Shown: piece after piece, positions 1 to 7,223 of the stretch | Numbering within the stretch: position 1 is the stretch's first letter | Layout: every line of letters begins with the position of its first letter | Assembly (NCBI GenBank): GCA_045654485.1 | Contig: JAZONN010000003.1 | Coordinates: 14,715-78,714 of the forward strand | From: Candidatus Enterousia sp. | GTDB lineage: Bacteria > Pseudomonadota > Alphaproteobacteria > Rs-D84 | Direction of reading: 5' to 3' | Length of the DNA: 64,000 nucleotides | Translations under genes and position numbers: made by a program | Notes under the pieces: model-generated | Database searches by the model: none | What the model was told of the DNA's origin: nothing | What the model saw: the letters and a program-made list of their open reading frames with translations, nothing else

Positions 1-152
1 CCCCTGTGGTGCACTGGTGGTGCAATAAGATACAAAAAACACAACAAATTGCCACACAGCACAAAAATAACCCATTTTATAAAATCCGCAGAAATCTGTT
101 GCTTTTTGTTGTAATCTGTTGTAAAATATTGTCAACAAATCAAGGAGCAAAC

Positions 153-212
153 GATTGCTAATCTGTGACCGAAATTTTTGGTCCATAGGTTCGAGTCCTA
201 TACGCTCCGCCA
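153..212 (+). pseudogene. 3' fragment of tRNA-Ser(GCT), anticodon loop to CCA; probable att-site remnant
   Basis: GA-TTGCTAA-TC anticodon loop (GCT at 157-159), long variable arm GACC..GGTC, T-arm ATAGG-TTCGAGT-CCTAT, ACGCTCC-G-CCA end. No D-arm upstream. Confidence 0.75.
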
Positions 213-220
213 GAAAATTT

Positions 221-246
221 AACCCACCATTTCGGTGGGTTTTTTG
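221..246. terminator. Intrinsic terminator, likely bidirectional
   Basis: AACCCACC/GGTGGGTT hairpin plus T-tract between the tRNA fragment and the 3' end of accDA. Confidence 0.75.
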
Positions 247-264
247 TTGCAGTTTTTATATCAT

Positions 265-2010
265 TTAATGTTCTTCGCCGACGTGTTCAGGTTGATAGAT
301 TTCAACATCACGTGTCATAGCCAAGAATTTCTCTGCACGACGTGCAGGCAGTTCAGATGCCGGAATCTTTTGCAATTCCACAATCTGTTTGACAACAGAA
401 TTCGCCAATAACTCCATCGTTGTTTGCCAATCGGTATGGGCGCCACCTGCAGGTTCAGGTATCACGTCATCAATCACGTTCAAATCAGCCATATCACGAG
501 CCGTCAATTTCATGGCCGCAGATGCGGTTGCACGATATTGATTGTCACGCCACAAGATACTTGCACAAGATTCTGGCGCAATAACAGAATATATCGCATT
601 TTCCATCATTAATACACGATCGCCGGTACCAATTGCAATTGCGCCACCAGATCCGCCTTGACCAACATTAACCGCAACGTATGGTGTTTTAATAGACAGA
701 CCAACCGAAATAGATGATGCGACCGCTTGGGATTGACCACGTTCTTCGCCTTCACGGCCGGCAAAAGCACCCGCAGTATCAAATAACGATATTAATGGTA
801 ATTCAAATTTTTCCGCCAAACGCATCATACGTTGGGCTTTGCGATATCCGTCGGGATTCGGCATACCAAATCTATGTTTTTGGCGTGTTTCGATGGTACG
901 TCCCTGCTCTTGCCCGATGATGACAGATGGAATGCCACGCCAAAATCCGATACCAGACCCCATTGCAGAATCTTCAGCATATAAACGATCACCCGCCAAG
1001 TATGTCCAACAATCTACTATACCATTAATATAATCCAAGAAGTGTGGACGATTTTCATTGCGTGCCAATAAAACTTTGTCATATGCTTCGTTTTCACCCA
1101 TTCCACGTATTTTTTTAGACACATCGTGTTGTGGGGTTGAAACGCTAATTTGTTTTGGCATGCGTTCTTGCTTAGTCAAAACCGCCAAAACGTTCGCAAT
1201 CGTGTCGTGCAATTCGCCACGTGCCACAACCATATCGACCATACCGTGTTCGTATAAATAATCAGCCGTTTGGAAATTCGATGGCAACTTTTCACGAATA
1301 TTTTGTTCAATAACACGACGACCAGCGAATCCAATGCGTGCGCCCTTTTCAGCAATGTGAATATCGCCCAACATAGCAAAGGATGCAGTTACCCCGCCAA
1401 ATGTAGGATCGGTCAACAATACAACATATGGGATTCCATTTGCGTGCAACTTGTTTACCGCAACTGTTGTGCGGGCCATTTGCATCAAAGACAGAATGTT
1501 TTCTTGCATACGGGCGCCACCACTTGACGTAACCATAATAAATGCACGACGTGTCGCGACCGCGTGTTCCATCGCAGCAACAATCGCATCACCCGCAGCA
1601 CGCCCCATAGAACCCATCATAAACAATCCATTTAATACACAGATCGTTGAAGGCACGCCACCAATATTACCATCGGCACTTGTTATTGCATCGTAACATC
1701 CGGTGTCGGATCGGGCCTCGGCCAGACGTTCAAGATATGAAATACGATCCGTAAAGTTCAATGGGTCATCAGAAATAGATGGCGGGGTTAATTTCTCCCA
1801 CGAATTATCATCAAACAACAAATCAAATCGCTGCTTTGGGGTCATGATGAATGCACGACCACAACTTGGGCAAATGTATTTATTTTCTTTGTAATCTTTG
1901 TAATAAACCAAACGGCCACACGATTCGCATTTAATCCACAGTAAACGACGCACACGTTCATAGCGTTCACGATTGCGATTTTTAATGCCGGATTTTTTAC
2001 CAAACAACAT
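265..2010 (-). CDS. accDA: Fused acetyl-CoA carboxylase carboxyltransferase beta+alpha (AccD-AccA)
   Basis: N-half: WIKCESC..CPSC zinc finger, FMMGSMG, SSGGARMQE, GGVTASFAMLGD (AccD). C-half: FGMPNPDGYRKA, DTAGA, GQSQAVA, GGSGGAIAI, YSVIAPESCASILW (AccA). Confidence 0.93.
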   Translation of the reverse strand: MLFGKKSGIKNRNRERYERVRRLLWIKCESCGRLVYYKDYKENKYICPSCGRAFIMTPKQRFDLLFDDNSWEKLTPPSISDDPLNFTDRISYLERLAEARSDTGCYDAITSADGNIGGVPSTICVLNGLFMMGSMGRAAGDAIVAAMEHAVATRRAFIMVTSSGGARMQENILSLMQMARTTVAVNKLHANGIPYVVLLTDPTFGGVTASFAMLGDIHIAEKGARIGFAGRRVIEQNIREKLPSNFQTADYLYEHGMVDMVVARGELHDTIANVLAVLTKQERMPKQISVSTPQHDVSKKIRGMGENEAYDKVLLARNENRPHFLDYINGIVDCWTYLAGDRLYAEDSAMGSGIGFWRGIPSVIIGQEQGRTIETRQKHRFGMPNPDGYRKAQRMMRLAEKFELPLISLFDTAGAFAGREGEERGQSQAVASSISVGLSIKTPYVAVNVGQGGSGGAIAIGTGDRVLMMENAIYSVIAPESCASILWRDNQYRATASAAMKLTARDMADLNVIDDVIPEPAGGAHTDWQTTMELLANSVVKQIVELQKIPASELPARRAEKFLAMTRDVEIYQPEHVGEEH

Positions 2011-2015
2011 ATTTA

Positions 2016-2294
2016 TTATCCATTCATTTTTTTGGTTAATTCACGACTTGGTTTGAACAAGATTGTTGTACTTGCCGGCAGTGGCATTGGTTGACCGGTA
2101 CATGGATTGTATCCAACCTTGGTTGCACGGGCACGGGGCTGAAACGTGCCAAAACCACGAATTTCAATACGGTCGCCATTCGCCACAGATTCCATCATAT
2201 GGTCGGCCACAGTATCCAAGATTGCCGCAGCATCATTTGTGCGCATATGTTTAAAGTTTACTTGAATTGAACGTACAATATCTGATCTTTTCAT
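2016..2294 (-). CDS. ihfB: Integration host factor beta / HU family
   Basis: GDRIEIRGFGTF, GYNPCTG, FKPSREL; 92 aa. Confidence 0.8.
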   Translation of the reverse strand: MKRSDIVRSIQVNFKHMRTNDAAAILDTVADHMMESVANGDRIEIRGFGTFQPRARATKVGYNPCTGQPMPLPASTTILFKPSRELTKKMNG

Positions 2295-2435
2295 GTCGTT
2301 TTATCCTTTTATCTTGCATTGTATTATTAATATCTTAACACATTTTGGCAAGAATAAAGTTTTTTCTAATAAGAAAACGTTCTTGTGACAAAAAAATCCC
2401 ACCAGTGATATTTTGGAAAATATAAGGAGATACCA

Positions 2436-3125
2436 ATGGAAAACAACAACCAATGTATGCCATTGATTGGTGATTTTGCACCAGAATTTGTCGCAAGTTC
2501 AACCAATGGAAAAATCAATTTTCCGACCGACTATACCGGCAAATGGATTGTTTTCTTTTCACACCCATCGGATTTTACACCGGTATGCACCACAGAATTC
2601 GTTGCGTTTCAAAATAATTTGGCGGGATTTGACAAAATGAATACGGTGTTAGTGGGTCTGTCTGTTGGGGCTTTGTCGTCACATTTGGCGTGGATAGATG
2701 CAATCGCACATATGCCGCATGGGGTAAATATAGAATTTCCAATAATTGATGATATAGGAGGAGAAATTGCCCGTAAATATGGGATGATTCATGACACCAC
2801 ATCCGACACACACGCCGTTCGTGCGGTATTTATAATTGATACCGTTGGGGTTATTCGTGCAATTTTATATTATCCGTCGGTTCTAGGGCGCAATATGCAA
2901 GAAATTATGCGTATGTTAATGGGGCTGCAAACCGCAGATGCCTTTAAGGTCGCATTGCCAGCGAATTGGATTCCGGGCGACAATGTATTGATTGGCGCAC
3001 CACAAACCGTATCCGAGATGCGCAATCATAAAGGCGACCAACCTTGGTTTTTAATAAACAAACCTTTGAGCCAGCGAGAAATATATGAAAAAATTTGCAA
3101 AGAAAACCACAAAACCGAACAGTAA
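2436..3125 (+). CDS. Peroxiredoxin (Prx6-type, AhpC/TSA)
   Basis: FSHPSDFTPVCTTEF active site, YYPSVLGRN, PANW; AGGAG RBS. Confidence 0.92.
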   Translation: MENNNQCMPLIGDFAPEFVASSTNGKINFPTDYTGKWIVFFSHPSDFTPVCTTEFVAFQNNLAGFDKMNTVLVGLSVGALSSHLAWIDAIAHMPHGVNIEFPIIDDIGGEIARKYGMIHDTTSDTHAVRAVFIIDTVGVIRAILYYPSVLGRNMQEIMRMLMGLQTADAFKVALPANWIPGDNVLIGAPQTVSEMRNHKGDQPWFLINKPLSQREIYEKICKENHKTEQ

Positions 3126-3154
3126 AAGTGATAATGAAACCGTTTATTTCTGGA

Positions 3155-3493
3155 TTAAAATACCAAAGGAAAGTCACGGATGTCGATTGGTGCAGCATCT
3201 CTTTCGGGATCCCATTGATAATCGGGCATAATGACCGTTTTGTCTTTGGTAAATTTTACACCTTCGGCCTTTAACAATTTATATTGTTCATCGGCAAAAC
3301 CGCTGCATAACGCCCCATCTTTGAACACAACACGATGCCACGGCAAATGCCAAGACGCCTTGTTATTGGATGCATAGCCAACAAAACGTGCCATACGGGG
3401 GCGGCCAATCATTTTGGCAATCTGACCAAATGTCGCAACACGCCCCGATGGAATACGTGCAACTATATCATAAACTTGTTCATTAAATGTCAT
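3155..3493 (-). CDS. Alkyltransferase-like (ATL, MGMT family) protein
   Basis: IPSGRVATFGQIA, ARFVG, PWHRV (Trp replaces the catalytic Cys). Start reset to MTFNEQ because the longer ORF overlaps the tRNA. Confidence 0.88.
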   Translation of the reverse strand: MTFNEQVYDIVARIPSGRVATFGQIAKMIGRPRMARFVGYASNNKASWHLPWHRVVFKDGALCSGFADEQYKLLKAEGVKFTKDKTVIMPDYQWDPERDAAPIDIRDFPLVF

Positions 3494-3578
3494 TGAATTC
3501 CCCGTGGTTGAATAAAAATTATATATTGGATTATTATGTCTTGCAAAAGATTTTTCAATATGTATAATTGCCCAGTAC

Positions 3579-3669
3579 GGAGACGTGGCAGAGCGGTTGA
3601 ATGCGCGCGACTCGAAATCGTGTATACGGCAGCCCCGTATCAAGGGTTCAAATCCCTTCGTCTCCGCCA
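3579..3669 (+). tRNA. tRNA-Ser(CGA)
   Basis: GGAGACG/CGTCTCC acceptor, CGCGA-CTCGAAA-TCGTG anticodon arm, long variable arm, GTTCAAATC, CCA. Promoter TTGCAA(3541)..TATAAT(3563); terminator 3679-3700. Confidence 0.95.
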
Positions 3670-3701
3670 GAATTAAAGACCCGCAAATGCGGGTGTTTTT
3701 A

Positions 3702-4118
3702 TTAAACTTTGTTTAATGCACGCAACAACTTCATTATTGTTTCACGTTGGGAATCCGATGGTAATTTCCAATACAGGTTTATTAATTGCAATGATTCATT
3801 TTTTGCCAATGGGTCATCAGATGCACAATCGCCCGCACGCATACGTGAAATATTCCCGTTGCGTGGTTCACGTTCCATATGCCCCGGCAAACCAGCAAAG
3901 AAAAATGACACCGGTGTTTCCATTGCGGTACTTAATTCAAACAATCTTGATGCAGATATGCGATTGCCCGCCGTTTCGTATTTTTGAATTTGTTGAAATG
4001 TTACACCGCAAATCTTGGCCAAATCTTTCTGAGACAACCCCAACATAACACGACGTAGCTGCATACGTTGGCCAATATGTTCGTCAATAGAATTAACTTC
4101 TGTATTTTTCACCGCCAT
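3702..4118 (-). CDS. XRE-family HTH transcriptional regulator
   Basis: IDEHIGQRMQLRR..LSQKDLA..GVTFQQIQKYETAGNRISASRL; start MAVKN after a GGGG RBS. Confidence 0.9.
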   Translation of the reverse strand: MAVKNTEVNSIDEHIGQRMQLRRVMLGLSQKDLAKICGVTFQQIQKYETAGNRISASRLFELSTAMETPVSFFFAGLPGHMEREPRNGNISRMRAGDCASDDPLAKNESLQLINLYWKLPSDSQRETIMKLLRALNKV

Positions 4119-4232
4119 ATAATCCCCCGATAAGACAATAATCCTTATATATATTTTATACAATTTTTCTTTTGCTTTTGCAAATAAAAAACGGCTAAGA
4201 TACGAACGGAAAATATAAACAAGGGGAAAATT

Positions 4233-5705
4233 ATGACTAAACCTGTGGTACTGTGTATTATGGATGGTGTTGGAATTGGGGCCGACAATCAATATAATGC
4301 CGTCATACGTGCAAATACGCCATTCTTTGATTCTTTATTAGAAAAATATCCGCATAGTGTATTAGATGCATCGGGCGTTGCCGTTGGATTGCCAGCGGGC
4401 ACAATGGGAAATTCCGAAGTTGGACATATTACTATCGGGGCGGGACGGGTTGTTAACCAATTCTTGCGCAGATTTCAAATCGAGGACTGGGATAAAAACA
4501 CAGCGTTGAATACATTTATTGCCGACGTTCGTAATGATGGTGGTATTGTTCATTTGGCCGGTTTAATGTCGGACGGACGTGTTCACGCCGATATTAATGA
4601 TATGTTGGTAATCGCAAGGTATGTTTTAAATGCAGGATTGCGTTTGTGTATTCATTTTATTGCGGATGGCCGTGATACATTGCCACAATCTGCACCAAAA
4701 TATATCGAATTAATCAAAGATAAATTATCCGATGCTTTGGCGGACGGGCGTGCGTTTTGGGGAACTTTGTCTGGGCGTTATTATGCAATGGACAGAAATC
4801 AGAATATGGACCGCACGGCGTTGGCAATCGACGCAATCGCAAATGCCAAATCTGAATACACATATAACACAATTGATGAAGCGTTGGCGGCGGCATATGA
4901 ACGTGGCGAAACAGATGAATTTATTAAACCCAGCGTAATTCGTGGCGACGTGGCAATTACACCACGTGACGGATTCTTGTTCGGGAATTATCGCAGTGAC
5001 CGTGCCCGCCAAATTATGCGTGAAATTGTTAAAACAGATGCGCATATTTTATGTTTTTCACAATATGGCGAAGGTTTAAACGAAGTTTGCCCCGCCCTGC
5101 TGCCGGATGTGGCAATCGAAAACACTTTGGGTGATATTTTGGCCGAACATGGTTTGCGCCAACTGCGCATTGCAGAAACAGAAAAATATAACCATGTGAC
5201 ATACTTTATGGATGCCGAAAGAAATGCAGATTTTGTTGCGGAAGAAAAAATTCTGATTCCATCGCCAAACGTTGCAACATTTGATATGAAGCCAGAAATG
5301 TCTGCGATTGAAATTACAGATATGCTGATGCCACGATTGGCGGATTTTGATGTAATTATTTTGAACTATGCCAATGGCGATATGGTTGGTCATACGGGTA
5401 ATCTGGATGCTGCAATTCACGCAATGGAGGTATTAGACGCACAGTTGGCACGTGTTGTTCCGGCGGTATTGGAATTAGGCGGAACTATGTTGATAACCGC
5501 CGATCACGGTAATGCCGAACAAATGTGGGATTTTACAAATAATGTACCGTGGACGGCACATACCACCAACCCGGTAAACTTGATTGTTGTGGCGGATAAT
5601 GCGCCCGCCGTACATAATGGTGGATTGGCAGATATTGCACCAACGATATTAAAGTTGTTGGGTATTAAACAGCCAAAGGAAATGACAGGTAAATCATTGA
5701 TATAA
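4233..5705 (+). CDS. gpmI: 2,3-BPG-independent phosphoglycerate mutase
   Basis: LCIMDG, MGNSEVGH, DGRD, GRYYAMDR, AETEKYNHVT, DMVGHTG, TADHGNAE, HT. Confidence 0.96.
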   Translation: MTKPVVLCIMDGVGIGADNQYNAVIRANTPFFDSLLEKYPHSVLDASGVAVGLPAGTMGNSEVGHITIGAGRVVNQFLRRFQIEDWDKNTALNTFIADVRNDGGIVHLAGLMSDGRVHADINDMLVIARYVLNAGLRLCIHFIADGRDTLPQSAPKYIELIKDKLSDALADGRAFWGTLSGRYYAMDRNQNMDRTALAIDAIANAKSEYTYNTIDEALAAAYERGETDEFIKPSVIRGDVAITPRDGFLFGNYRSDRARQIMREIVKTDAHILCFSQYGEGLNEVCPALLPDVAIENTLGDILAEHGLRQLRIAETEKYNHVTYFMDAERNADFVAEEKILIPSPNVATFDMKPEMSAIEITDMLMPRLADFDVIILNYANGDMVGHTGNLDAAIHAMEVLDAQLARVVPAVLELGGTMLITADHGNAEQMWDFTNNVPWTAHTTNPVNLIVVADNAPAVHNGGLADIAPTILKLLGIKQPKEMTGKSLI

Positions 5706-5725
5706 AACATCCGCCAATTGGCGGA

Positions 5726-6172
5726 TTATTTTTTTCGGCGCAATGCAAAGAATTCCTTTAACATCTGGGCAGATTCGTCGGCATATTCTGAAACACGATG
5801 TACCGTTGGTCGAAACAGATGCCTGTCGGTTTCGTATATGCGTGCATTGGATGTGATTCCCCCGCCCTTTTCATCGGCGGCTGCGAAATAAATGTTTTTT
5901 ATTCGGGCAAAAGATATCGCCGTCGCACACATTGCGCACGGTTCCAATGTCACATAGATATCACAGTCATCTAAAAATTTAGCCCCCAATTTCCGGCATG
6001 CACGATTTATCGCAACCACTTCGGCGTGCAGTGTCGGATTTTTACATTTTTGAACACGATTTTCACCACGTGCAATAATTTTTCCATCACGAACAATTAC
6101 CGCACCGATTGGCACGTCATCGTGTTCCCATGCACGTTTTGCACAAAGAATGGCTTGCTTCATAAATTTCAT
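5726..6172 (-). CDS. tadA: tRNA adenosine deaminase
   Basis: VPIGAVIV, HAE, YVTLEPCAMC, LKEFF. Confidence 0.85.
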   Translation of the reverse strand: MKFMKQAILCAKRAWEHDDVPIGAVIVRDGKIIARGENRVQKCKNPTLHAEVVAINRACRKLGAKFLDDCDIYVTLEPCAMCATAISFARIKNIYFAAADEKGGGITSNARIYETDRHLFRPTVHRVSEYADESAQMLKEFFALRRKK

Positions 6173-6189
6173 AATGTATACTTTAACGT

Positions 6190-6750
6190 ATGGATTCAAA
6201 ATTGCAAATTATTTCGGGCGCATTTCGTGGACGTAAATTACGTTTACCACCGGATGCACGCCCCACACAGAATCGAGCAAGAATCGCCCTGTTTAATATG
6301 TTGGAATCCGGCATTATTGATACGGGCGGCCAAATGAATATCTGGGACGCCTTTGCGGGCAGTGGCGCATTTGGTATAGAATGCCTGTCCCGATATGCGG
6401 GCGGACGTGTTACGTTTACCGACGTGTCACCCACATCCATAAAAACAGTACGCAGTAATTTGGCAACATTGGCCATTGATGCACGTGCAAGTGTTATTCA
6501 AGCCGATGCGATTGGTTCAATTGAAAAATATGGTACGAATTCTGATTTGATATTTATTGACCCACCATATACGGACGACACTTTGGGCCGTGCCTTTATG
6601 GACAGATTGGGACGTGTGGCAAAATCAGGTGCCGTTGTTATATGGGAACAAGAAGTTGGCCACGAAAACCAACCCGATGAAAATATATGGACCATTTTGC
6701 GTGATAAACAATATGGTCGTGCAAGATTTTTGATATTACAGAAAATTTAA
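6190..6750 (+). CDS. rsmD: 16S rRNA m2G966 methyltransferase
   Basis: IISGAFRGRKL, RPT, LFNML, DAFAGSGAFGIECLSR, DPPY, KQYG. Confidence 0.9.
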   Translation: MDSKLQIISGAFRGRKLRLPPDARPTQNRARIALFNMLESGIIDTGGQMNIWDAFAGSGAFGIECLSRYAGGRVTFTDVSPTSIKTVRSNLATLAIDARASVIQADAIGSIEKYGTNSDLIFIDPPYTDDTLGRAFMDRLGRVAKSGAVVIWEQEVGHENQPDENIWTILRDKQYGRARFLILQKI

Positions 6751-6751
6751 C

Positions 6752-6780
6752 TTGCGTTAACATTCATATTTTTGTACGAT
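6752..6780 (+). promoter_or_regulatory. sigma70-type promoter for the leader RNA and surface-protein operon
   Basis: TTGCGT(6752-6757), 17 bp, TACGAT(6775-6780). Confidence 0.6.
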
Positions 6781-6786
6781 GTAAAT

Positions 6787-6980
6787 TGATATTAGTATTC
6801 GCCGTGTTGGCGTTACTGATGTTGGGGTGTCGAAACCCTTGAAACTGCTGTCCATTGTGGTGGACATAAAAATCTCCAACCGACGGTTGGAGGGTGGTGA
6901 ATATAAGGAATAAACCCACTATAGCAGTTTATAGTTTCGAACCTCCAACCGCTTTCTTTGTAATGGCGGTTTTGTTTTTT
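6787..6980 (+). ncRNA. Structured leader RNA (C4/ash-like antisense or attenuator) ending in a terminator
   Basis: Several hairpins; long-range complementarity 6821-6836 with 6934-6949 and 6842-6849 with 6923-6930; AACCGC..GCGGTT hairpin plus T-tract at 6947-6980. Confidence 0.65.
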
Positions 6981-6992
6981 GGGGACAAAAAT

Positions 6993-7214
6993 TTGAGAGT
7001 GGTTTTGCTAATATTTTTGTTATTGACTTTGCCAATATCGGCATTTGCCGAAGGTGTTGTGGTGGCCTCTAAGAAATATGTCGACGAACGCATAAACAGT
7101 CAAACAAACACCAAAGTTGATACATCCGCCACTGCTAAACAAGTTATGGCGGGCGAATATACGGTGACAGGGACACTAATTATTCCAACACCGCCGTTGC
7201 CCAGTGCAAATTAA
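6993..7214 (+). CDS. Small secreted hypothetical protein (73 aa)
   Basis: TTG start after GGGGA; signal peptide MRVVLLIFLLLTLPISAFA; ASKKYVD motif. Confidence 0.65.
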   Translation: MRVVLLIFLLLTLPISAFAEGVVVASKKYVDERINSQTNTKVDTSATAKQVMAGEYTVTGTLIIPTPPLPSAN

Positions 7215-7223
7215 TAAGTTTCG

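Noticed and set aside
3494-3643. N-terminal extension of the ATL ORF
   Set aside because: It is antisense to tRNA-Ser and its promoter; family similarity starts at MTFNEQ.
6747-6760. CtrA box (TTAA-N7-TTAA)
   Set aside because: The spacing is N6.
6787-6980. tmRNA, 6S, SRP, RNase P or a known riboswitch
   Set aside because: There is no TTCGA T-arm with a CCA end and I recognise no signature motif of these RNAs. Kept as an unidentified C4-like leader.
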